A DNA stretch of 64,000 nucleotides from Spirochaetia bacterium (lineage in GTDB: Bacteria > Spirochaetota > Leptospiria > Leptospirales > Leptonemataceae). Where the stretch lies: NCBI GenBank assembly GCA_009885105.1, contig VFLI01000012.1, forward strand, positions 1 through 64,000, given 5' to 3'. The notes beneath the pieces are model-generated. The model worked only from the letters and a program-made list of their open reading frames with translations, had not been told where the DNA came from and did no database searches. A program made the position numbers and the translations under genes. Shown here in pieces: positions 21,724 to 30,544 of this stretch (positions are counted from its first letter, which is position 1; the number at the start of each line of letters is the position of its first letter).

Positions 21724-22454
21724 GAAAAAAACCGATCATAGGCCTGACCACAAGGCCGCGCAATGAAGAAGGCAAATACACTCTGTCCGGTCTGTACACC
21801 GACGCCGTGCTTCGCGCGGGCGGTATCCCCGTGCTTCTGACTCCCGGCGGCGAAGTTGAGGATGATCTTCTGGATCTTCTTGACGGCCTGATACTTTCCG
21901 GAGGCGGCGATATCGATCCGTCTTATTATGGAGGAAAGCCTCATCCAAATATTTACGGCGTGGACCAGGAACGAGACCGCTTTGAAATTTCCCTGGTCAA
22001 AAAAGCAGTGGAGAAAAGAATGCCCCTGCTCCCAATCTGCCGCGGCATACAGGTCCTCAATGTGGCCCTGGGAGGCACTCTGATCGAACATGTGCCGGAT
22101 ATGGAAAGAGAAAATGATATTGTTCACCGAGTGGATGACGATCCGGAGGGCATTCTGCATACGATTACCCTCAATAGAAATTCTAAAATATTCAGCATTG
22201 TTGGCCAGGAATCTTTTGAAGCTGTCTCCTGGCACCATCAGGCGATCGGCAGGATTGCGCCGGGTCTGATCGAAACGGGAAGGGCTCCGGACGGAATTGT
22301 CGAATCCCTCGAGATGCCCGGGCATCCGTTTCTGGTCGCTGTTCAGTGGCACCCGGAAATGAGCGCGATCAGGGATCCGCTTCAGCAAAAGCTTTTCGCC
22401 GCACTGGTGGATGCGTCAAAATCCAGGCAATTCTTTACAGGAAAAAAACAATGA
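21720..22454 (+). CDS. gamma-glutamyl-GABA hydrolase-like class I glutamine amidotransferase (peptidase C26, PuuD-like)
   Basis: LLPICRGIQVLNVALGGTL Cys-nucleophile motif and the His of the GATase1 triad (QWHPE). 4-bp overlap with the upstream gene. Confidence 0.7.
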   Translation: MRKKPIIGLTTRPRNEEGKYTLSGLYTDAVLRAGGIPVLLTPGGEVEDDLLDLLDGLILSGGGDIDPSYYGGKPHPNIYGVDQERDRFEISLVKKAVEKRMPLLPICRGIQVLNVALGGTLIEHVPDMERENDIVHRVDDDPEGILHTITLNRNSKIFSIVGQESFEAVSWHHQAIGRIAPGLIETGRAPDGIVESLEMPGHPFLVAVQWHPEMSAIRDPLQQKLFAALVDASKSRQFFTGKKQ

Positions 22455-24037
22455 GTCGTTCTTTCGGATTACAAAAAGGCAGATTCGCGGACTTTATACG
22501 TTCGCACGGCCCCTTCGTGCTGCTTGCCATTCCCTGCGTTCTGTCCGAGCTGATCGGATACCTGGCCCAGGAAATGGGACACCAGATGATCGGCGTGTAT
22601 CTTCTACAGCGTCCGGAGCTGTCATTGCAAATGAAGCATTCCTTTTTCTTTATCATGCCTGTGATTGGCTGCGCATACTGGGCGGCCAATGTTTATTTTC
22701 TGTTCCCGTTGTTTCGGGCCAACAGCAGACAGAGAAAGAATCTTGAAATTTCCTCCGTCCTGCTTCTGCGGGCCCGCACACGGCTCTACAATTTTCCTCT
22801 TTTTCTCATTGGAGCAACATATTTCGTCTGGATCGCCGGCATCGCAGTCGTTTATTTTTCTATGAGCAATATTTTTCCCCATGGCGCGCTGCTCGCCACT
22901 GGAATGCTCTCGACAGTCTTAAATGCTATCATTGTATATTACATAACCGACCTGGTGAATCGGTTTTATCTCTTTCCGCACTGGTTTCCGGACGGCAATA
23001 TACGCGTAAGTTTTCGCATACGAAAGCCGTCGCTGTTCAATCGATTTCTTGATATGTTTTTAATAACCGGAATTTTTCCCGTCGTTGCCATTGTCGGCAT
23101 AGTAATGCTTACCCGGTCTTACGGCGTCCACGACCCTGATGAACTGCAGAGAATAGTATTTACGGGAGGAATCATCGGGATCATGTTCTGGTTTTTTGGT
23201 TTGTTGCTTGCGATTCTCAACGCCGGCGCTTTCCTGATCCCAATCAATGCGATGGAGAAGAAAGCGGAGGAGATGAGCCGGGATATCTACGACACAGCCG
23301 TTGCGGTTCACAGCGACGATCAGATCGGGAATCTGGAAAAATCCCTGAACGAGATGGGACGCGAACTGCGGGAAAAGCAGGTAATCAAGACCCTCTTCGG
23401 ACACTATGTTTCTCCGGGTATCCGAGATTTGATACTGGAGGGTCGCATCAAAACGGACGGCAATCGAATAGAAGCGGTGGTCCTTTTCACAGACATACGA
23501 TCGTTCACAGCTTTGACGGAAAAACACCAGCCCGAGACTGTAGTAAAATTTCTTAATATTCATTTTTCAAGGGTTGTTGAAGTTGTGAGCCGCAACTACG
23601 GCTTTGTGGACAAATTCATCGGCGATTCCGTGATGGCCGTTTTCGACGCTGAGTTCTGCGGGTACATGCACCGGCTCTGCGCAATGACAGCCGCTGCTGA
23701 AATACTTCGAAGCCTTGAAAAAACCAATTCAGAAATCGCCGATATGGGAATATCGCCCATAAAGGTCGGGGTCGGCATCGCCTGCGGCACTGTGATTCGC
23801 GGAAATGTCGGATCCGAAAACAGGAGGGAACTGACCGTGATCGGGGACATCGTCAACGTGGCAAGCCGTCTGGAATCGGCGACCAGGGAAACCGGATTCC
23901 ATATGCTGGCGACAAAGGACAGTTACGACCGAGCCTGCTCGGAAATACCGGGGATGAAGGTGGAGAGCAGCATGCCTCTATCCGTTAAGGGAAAAACTGA
24001 GCCGGTGGATGTTCTGCTTTTTTCAGTCAACGGTTAG
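22451..24037 (+). CDS. membrane-anchored class III adenylate/guanylate cyclase (6TM + HAMP-like + CYC)
   Basis: Cyclase motifs VVLFTDIRSFTALTE ... FIGDSVMAVF ... GTVIRGNVGS. Start reassigned to MSRSFG, which overlaps the PuuD stop (ATGA). Confidence 0.75.
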   Translation: MSRSFGLQKGRFADFIRSHGPFVLLAIPCVLSELIGYLAQEMGHQMIGVYLLQRPELSLQMKHSFFFIMPVIGCAYWAANVYFLFPLFRANSRQRKNLEISSVLLLRARTRLYNFPLFLIGATYFVWIAGIAVVYFSMSNIFPHGALLATGMLSTVLNAIIVYYITDLVNRFYLFPHWFPDGNIRVSFRIRKPSLFNRFLDMFLITGIFPVVAIVGIVMLTRSYGVHDPDELQRIVFTGGIIGIMFWFFGLLLAILNAGAFLIPINAMEKKAEEMSRDIYDTAVAVHSDDQIGNLEKSLNEMGRELREKQVIKTLFGHYVSPGIRDLILEGRIKTDGNRIEAVVLFTDIRSFTALTEKHQPETVVKFLNIHFSRVVEVVSRNYGFVDKFIGDSVMAVFDAEFCGYMHRLCAMTAAAEILRSLEKTNSEIADMGISPIKVGVGIACGTVIRGNVGSENRRELTVIGDIVNVASRLESATRETGFHMLATKDSYDRACSEIPGMKVESSMPLSVKGKTEPVDVLLFSVNG

Positions 24038-24163
24038 AAGTTGCAATAAGTAGAAAAATATCGAATTCATACGCTTTGCCGGTACTCAATTAAAAATCCT
24101 GACCCATCAAAATAAGTGGCAAAATACAGTCGTGTGAAAATTTTTGGCATAAAGATAATAATT

Positions 24164-24209
24164 TTTTTCACTTTTTTCACTTTTTTTTAAAAAAAAGTGA
24201 AAAAATCTT
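24164..24209. promoter_or_regulatory. perfect A-tract palindrome CAC-T8-A8-GTG flanked by three GTGAAAAAA repeats in alternating orientation
   Basis: Read directly from the sequence at 24164-24209, about 55 bp upstream of the lipoprotein gene ATG at 24261. Confidence 0.4.
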
Positions 24210-24260
24210 TGAGTCAAAGCATAGTAATAGAAGACAGTAGCCTACAGGAGTCAAATAACC

Positions 24261-24671
24261 ATGAAACGAGCTATCCTTCTACTAACACTACTGAGCTGGA
24301 CAGCCACATGCGGGGGAGGCGAGGAGGGGTTGAACCCTTTGATTTTTCTCGCTCTGGGTGGCCCACCGGCGCAGGCAGCCCCCACAGTCACCTGCACGGC
24401 TCCCTGCAATTTGCAGTTAACCTGGAATGCCCTGCATGAAAAAGACGTCAATGCCAGTTTGGGCGGGTATAAAGTCTGTTATGCCGCAACACAGGGATTC
24501 AGTCCAGGATCCGGCACCTGCCTTGATGTTCCTTATGTTTCGGGGCCCACAGCTCCCACCACTAAAAACGTTACACTGCAACAAGGAAGATGGTATGTAA
24601 AAATATACGGGTATTCACAGTATACATCTCAGGGTACGGTATCGACCGAGCTTTCTGTACAGGCGAATTGA
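24261..24671 (+). CDS. lipoprotein with a fibronectin-III-like fold (hypothetical)
   Basis: Lipobox LLSWTATC and a beta-rich, Thr/Ser-rich sequence. Confidence 0.5.
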   Translation: MKRAILLLTLLSWTATCGGGEEGLNPLIFLALGGPPAQAAPTVTCTAPCNLQLTWNALHEKDVNASLGGYKVCYAATQGFSPGSGTCLDVPYVSGPTAPTTKNVTLQQGRWYVKIYGYSQYTSQGTVSTELSVQAN

Positions 24672-24682
24672 GGAAAAAAACC

Positions 24683-26602
24683 ATGAAATCAAAAAAGACA
24701 TATCTTCATAGAATACTATTTATTTTTTTGCTCGCTGTAACAGCTCTCTGGGCAACACCGCATCCCCCAGAGGGGATTCTACAGAGTCCACCTCTGTATG
24801 TGGCCAACGAAATCCTTGTGAAATTTAAGCCTGGGACTTGGTCCAATTCTAAATCTTATACAATTCTCGCACATGGCGGACAGGAATTGAGAAATCTTGG
24901 CAACGATTGGGAACATGTGCAGCTCCCGGCCGGGCAGACTGTAGATCAGGCTGTGGTCGAGTATCGAAATGATCCGTCCGTAGAATATGCTCAGCCGAAT
25001 TTTATTTATCATACGCTTGTTTTACCCAATGACACAAATTACGGCCAGCTGTGGGGATTGAATAATACAGCTCAGACTATCACCGCCGTACAAACGGAAA
25101 CTCTCTATACAAATAATCTTGGAACAAGCGGGAAAGATATGAGCTTACCAACCGCCTGGGATAGAATTACAAATTGTAACAGCGTGGTTGTTGCCGTCAT
25201 TGATTCAGGGGTAAACTACAATCATGGAGATCTCTCCGCGAATATGTGGAGCAATCCCGGCAATACATGTTTCGCTTCCGGATCGGGCACCAGCGGATGT
25301 GATTTTGTAAATTCAGATACTGATCCTATGGACTTAAATGGCCATGGAACACATCTGGCCGGGACGATTGGAGCCGTAGGGAACAATGCAACCGGATCGA
25401 CAGGAGTCTGCTGGAATGTAAAAATCATGGCTGTTCGCGTTATGGATCATACGGGCGCTGGCACCACTGCGAATATAGTCAGCGGCGTCAATTTCGCCGT
25501 GAACAATGGCGCCAAAGTCATCAATCTCAGTCTGGGAAGCACCACCTCTAACAATTCCAATTATGATGCGAGTTTCAACACCGCCATTACGAGCGCAAAA
25601 ACCAGCGATGTGGTCGTCGTTGTTGCGGCAGGGAATGACGGCGTGGATCAGGCAACGTATTACACTTATCCATGCAAATACTCTCAGGACAACATTGTAT
25701 GTGTGGGCGCAGTGGACCAATCGTATACACTGACAACATTTTCTAATTACGATTCAACCGCAACCGCTTCATCCCGAGCCGTGGATATTGTGGCCCCCGG
25801 GGCCAATATTCGGAGCACATGGGCGGGGTCCTAGGTTGACTACAGTTCGGGCACAACTTCAGGATTTTTTAGCGGGTGGACTTTTTCGACGGCGGGCGGG
25901 ACAGCCTGGGGAGCCAGCGATTGCACAATCGGAACGACTGTTTATCCAATGGTCCTGGCGCCGAACAACTGCTCGACCGTCCTGACAGGAACATCGACAT
26001 CGGGATATGCGGCCGGTACAGATTCAAAAGTGTACAGAGATTTTACAGTCCCGAACAATTCCGATGTTGTAATGCTATCGTACTATCTGTATCTGGATAC
26101 AGAAAACAGCTTTGACGGAATTACAATCTATTCAAAGTTAACGGGAGATCCTTTCACTGCTGGAACACTCGTCACAGGATGGACCGGGGAGATGAACGGT
26201 ACTCCATTTTCTGATTCACGGAGGTTGACTGTCTGTCAGGCTGCAACAACAACGTGCGCGATGGGATTCAGGCTTCAGGCTGATGGAACAGGTCAGAGAG
26301 CGGGCGTTGGAATTGTTTTATTCAATCTGTGGGCGCTGGACAACGGAGTTACGTCAGGAGCCAATGTTTATAAAGTCATCGACGGTACTTCGATGGCAGC
26401 TCCGCATGTGGCCGGCCTGGCTGCGTTGATTCGCGCCTACAATCCCAGCTTCACGTATACGGATACTGTGAATGCCCTTGTGAATGGCGGAGATTCTGTG
26501 AGCGGTTCCGCTGCCAATACAAAAACGGGAAAGGCAGCCGATGCACTGGGTTCGCTCAATTACGTCAATGCACCGTCAGGTTTTGCGATAGCGGTTCAAT
26601 AA
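24683..26602 (+). pseudogene. subtilisin-like S8 serine peptidase with an I9 propeptide, interrupted by a single in-frame TAG at 25832-25834
   Basis: The Asp (DSGVNYNHGDL) and His (HGTHLAGTIG) motifs are in ORF 24683..25834. The Ser motif (GTSMAAPHVAG) is in ORF 25949..26602. Both ORFs are in the same frame, and translating the 114 bp between them gives an open frame after the one TAG. Confidence 0.5.
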
Positions 26603-26637
26603 TCGCGCGATATTGGATTGCTGCCGGGAAGCGCTTT

Positions 26638-27054
26638 TTACTGGGCGCCGGACCCAGGCTGATTTATTGTATAAATGAAATTTGGCTGCACTGCCTCAAT
26701 ACCCGGCGCGGATTTGATCAATTTTTGAACTTCCGCCAATCCCGGATCGCGTGCGATCTTTAGCAGAAATAAGCGCTCGGAGACACGCGAGATTTCGCGT
26801 ATACCCAGAGAGGCCAGAGCGGCCCGGGCTTCGGATTCGCCGCTGCCGGCTTTTACCGTAACAAGATATTCGTTGGGAACACTTTGCTGAATCGGTCTTT
26901 GCTGGCCGCCCGGCAGAGGATTGGCGGGTCTTTGCGAATGCGCGGGTTGTGAGTAGGACAGCATAATTACTGCGGCAATTAGAAAAAATCCGGAAGTGAA
27001 TACCGACTGTAATCCATTCAGGTGGCATCGTTTTTTTCCGGGCACACTGGACAT
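26638..27054 (-). CDS. standalone peptidase-inhibitor I9 (subtilase propeptide-like) secreted protein
   Basis: Signal peptide. The sequence NEYLVTVKAG...VQPNFIY parallels the subtilase propeptide NEILVKFKPG...AQPNFIY encoded 24.8 kb-side. Confidence 0.5.
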   Translation of the reverse strand: MSSVPGKKRCHLNGLQSVFTSGFFLIAAVIMLSYSQPAHSQRPANPLPGGQQRPIQQSVPNEYLVTVKAGSGESEARAALASLGIREISRVSERLFLLKIARDPGLAEVQKLIKSAPGIEAVQPNFIYTINQPGSGAQ

Positions 27055-27088
27055 AATTAATTTATATACACAAATAATAAGTATATGC

Positions 27089-27340
27089 TTATGATTCTTC
27101 ATGGTTCACGGCCGATAAGCTCTCGCGGACAAAATTATCCGACTTTTTGTTTTTTTCAGCGGCGTTGGCTGCAATCTCTCTTTGAGAAGATTCACCATCG
27201 CCCTGACTGTGGCTCGTTTCTTTTTTCGCGAGATCCTTTATCTTTTTAGTTAGTTTATATTCCATAAGAACAGGATAGTTTCCTTTCTGGCTTTTAACAT
27301 CAAATCTCACCTCTTCCAATCCTTCCAGATAAGGACGCAT
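27089..27340 (-). CDS. small hydrophilic protein (hypothetical, stress-protein-like)
   Basis: 83-aa ORF with charged low-complexity sequence; no recognised family. Confidence 0.3.
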   Translation of the reverse strand: MRPYLEGLEEVRFDVKSQKGNYPVLMEYKLTKKIKDLAKKETSHSQGDGESSQREIAANAAEKNKKSDNFVRESLSAVNHEES

Positions 27341-27654
27341 ATCCGTTCAGTCGAAAAAAGCGATTATTTCATCCAGCGAAGAGAACTGCGGCATTTTCTT
27401 CGGTTTATTTTTTTCTGTAGCGCGGTTTTTCATCTTTCTCCATGGTTCTTGCACTTAGAATTAAGTGCGGTACGGTCTTTTTGTAAATAAAAAAAATCAC
27501 ATCTATAGCATTTTCGCAAAAGATTATTATCAAATTTTTTTTTAAGAAAACTATTTTTTTCATAAGATTTAGAATAGCTCTAAGTTTAGATTTCTTCCAG
27601 ATATTTAGCCACTTTAGTGCTTTCAAAAATGACGCGTTCTCCCGATTCTGCCTT

Positions 27655-28227
27655 ATGTCGCAGGACAATCCACGGCTGTTGCAGGCGCTCGACTTTATTC
27701 TGAACAAAGCCACTGAACCTGAAATTTCCGTTTTGAAAGAGGCCATTGAACGGCGTACCGGCTCTTCCACTGAAAGGAACCTGCCGGACATCGATTTTGC
27801 GGCCATGGCGAAGAAGATGACGGCGGATTTGCAGGGCCGATTTGAGGCTCCTGGTGATATAAACCCAATGACCAGACGGATGGTCGCCAACATGATCTAC
27901 CAGCAGGAACCCGGCATATCGGAAGAAGAACTGGAGATTCTGCTGGATAGATTTGTGCCGGATCCGGCGAAACTCAAAATGGGCCGCGAAAAGGAACTGC
28001 CGCGCGATGTTATTTTGTCTATGCTGCGCCAGTTTGTCAGTTACAGCCTGGGCGCCATGCCGGAAGCTGAAAAAAAAGAATTGATTCGTCTCAGACAGGA
28101 CTGGGCCGCAGCATACTGGGACGCATTCTCGCAGGACACTCAGCTGCTGGTCCGCGAATTTCTGCGCGGCGGCCTGGATGAAAAAGAATTCTGGACCAGA
28201 GTGTACAGACATTTTGAAAGTTTATAA
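27655..28227 (+). CDS. hypothetical protein
   Basis: Clean 190-aa ORF upstream of the crotonase gene; no recognised motifs. Confidence 0.45.
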   Translation: MSQDNPRLLQALDFILNKATEPEISVLKEAIERRTGSSTERNLPDIDFAAMAKKMTADLQGRFEAPGDINPMTRRMVANMIYQQEPGISEEELEILLDRFVPDPAKLKMGREKELPRDVILSMLRQFVSYSLGAMPEAEKKELIRLRQDWAAAYWDAFSQDTQLLVREFLRGGLDEKEFWTRVYRHFESL

Positions 28228-28248
28228 AACAATTCAGGGAAGGTTACA

Positions 28249-29106
28249 ATGAATCAGATAACAGCGCAATCCAGCATTGAAAAGCAGATGGAGAATTTTC
28301 CATTTTTCAAACTGGAAAAAAATCCACAGAACAGAACCGCAATTCTCTATCTCAACAAACCGGATAAACGCAATGCCATGGATATGTCCTTCTGGCGGGA
28401 TCTGCCTCATGTGATTCGTCTAATTGAAACCGATCCCGAGATTCGATGTGCGGTTATCGCAGGATCCGGCAAATCCTTCACCACAGGGCTGGATCTGGGG
28501 GAATTTATCGCAGATTCAAGACAGATTATTCAGGGTGAAACAGGCGACCGGCGCACAGAGCTCTACAATCTCATTCTGGGAATGCAGACCGGTCTCAACG
28601 AAATTGCCAACGGAAGAAAAATCTACATAGCCGCAGTGCAGAAACACTGCATCGGCGGGGGGCTGGATCTGATCGCCGCCTGCGATCTTCGACTTGCCTC
28701 AAAGGACGCTCAATTTTCCTTGCGCGAAACACGCGTCGCGATCGTGGCCGATATGGGCAGTTTAAATCGTCTGCCAGCAATAATCGGCGAAGGCAACACA
28801 GCCCTCATGGCTTATACAGGACGCGATTTTTCAGCTGAGGAAGCTCTTCGCATGGGTCTGGTCAGCGAAATATTTGAGACCCAGGAGACGCTTCTGGCCG
28901 GCGCACGGGCCCTGGCTGAGGAAATCGCTGCCAATCCGACGCTTGCAGTTCAGGGCTCTAAAGAAATCATTCGCTACGGCAGAAGCCACGGTCCTGATGA
29001 CGGATTGAAGTATGTCGCCGCCTGGAATGCAGCCTTTCTTGATTCTGCGGATCTGCGGGAACTGTCCTCAGCCGTTCTGGAGAAAAGACGGCCGGTCTTT
29101 GGATAA
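28249..29106 (+). CDS. enoyl-CoA hydratase/isomerase (crotonase) family protein
   Basis: Crotonase fold motifs (AVIAGSGKSFTTGLDL, IAAVQKHCIGGGLDL). Confidence 0.8.
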   Translation: MNQITAQSSIEKQMENFPFFKLEKNPQNRTAILYLNKPDKRNAMDMSFWRDLPHVIRLIETDPEIRCAVIAGSGKSFTTGLDLGEFIADSRQIIQGETGDRRTELYNLILGMQTGLNEIANGRKIYIAAVQKHCIGGGLDLIAACDLRLASKDAQFSLRETRVAIVADMGSLNRLPAIIGEGNTALMAYTGRDFSAEEALRMGLVSEIFETQETLLAGARALAEEIAANPTLAVQGSKEIIRYGRSHGPDDGLKYVAAWNAAFLDSADLRELSSAVLEKRRPVFG

Positions 29107-29158
29107 ACGCACAAATTCCTTTTTTGGACAATTTTAAGAATAGACTCGCTGACCCCGA

Positions 29159-30378
29159 TTACGGCGCTGCGGCGCCGGTATTTTCAGGCAGCGTCGACTG
29201 AAGTATGCGCTGAGTAAACTGTCCCAGATAGGGCGCCAGAGTCCTGGCGAATGTGGCTGTCAGGTGATCACCGTCGCGATAAACGAAAACATTTCCAATA
29301 ATAACGGGACAGATTTCCGCATTGCAGAAATAGCGGTTCAGTTCCAGCGGGAAAATTCCTTCTTCATGCTGCGCCGCCGCGCATAATGGATCTTCAAGAT
29401 TATCCATGACTTCGGATCGGGGCATGGCGCAGGCAGCCGCATGATTTTCAGGATTCCTCACTGCGCAGGAAGGAACATCGCGCGGATAGAAAACGGGATT
29501 ATCACAGATGACGCCGACTGGAATTTTTTGATCTGTCAGTTTTTTCCACTGGGCATGATATCCTGCGATGAGCACCTCTGCCGGCGGCAGCGCATATGCA
29601 TAGCTGTAAATATTTGGTCTTGCCGCAGACGTTATCACGGCTGAAGGATGCAGTTTAATCAGCAATTCTATCGCATTCTGTTTCCACTGTTCATAATCAT
29701 CTCGTACCGCGCCACTCAGACGATAGCGCACGGGCACTTCACTAAAAACACAGGCCGACTTGGATAAAACTACAATTCGCCAGCCGTAGAACTTTGCCAG
29801 CTCACCAAAACCCGGCAGATAATGAAGCATGTGAGAATCCCCTATGAGAGCGATTGTCACTTTGCCGGCCGGATCGCCGTATTCGCACAGACTGGCGGAC
29901 CATTCCTGATCGAGAGGAATCGGAGCGGCTGAAGTTTCAATATACGAGCGGTTGAAGCAGCGCCCGTGTCGCTGGCGATCACTGCCGCCGCTCCGGCCGT
30001 GGGAATAACAGCCAGCCAGCCCGGAAAATTCATTGACGCATTCAGAAAGTGTCCGGCCGTTCCGATTGCGGCCAGTCCTGAATAGGCAAAGACTGTCCGT
30101 ATTCCCGCCGGGACTCGGATGATCTGCGGCCAGAGCATGGCCAGAAGACCGCCCATGGAAAGTTCCCAAATCCGGGACGTCGTCACAAAATACTGCGCCG
30201 CTGTCCGATTCACGTCCTGCACGGACCAAACAAATGACGCAGCAAAGGCAAATACCGCCAGCACGATGCATACAGTGCGGTTTCGTCCTGAGAAAAACCG
30301 CTTCGCCATCAGCGCCGTCTTCATCCACATAGTGCGCGGCGACCATGCCAGAGTGGCGCCGAGTGTCACAAGCAGCAC
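29159..30378 (-). pseudogene. remnant of an OafA-like acyltransferase-3 + SGNH hydrolase gene (frameshifted, N-terminus missing)
   Basis: Only the last AT3 TM helices (RIWELSMGGLLAML) are present, in one frame. An SGNH-like domain (IALIGDSHM...) lies in another, overlapping frame. There is no room upstream for the missing ~200 aa. Confidence 0.5.
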
Positions 30379-30544
30379 AACTGTTGCGACAGGAAGAAGA
30401 CGGCGTACGCGGCGGGCCCAGAATTGAAAAATGTTTACGCCGCCCTCGCGCTCAAGCTCGGCAGTCAGAAGCCCGGTGATCAGGAAAACGTAATTCCGGA
30501 TCGACCTGACCGCCCTCTTTCATGATTGCCCCCGAATCTTTCTT

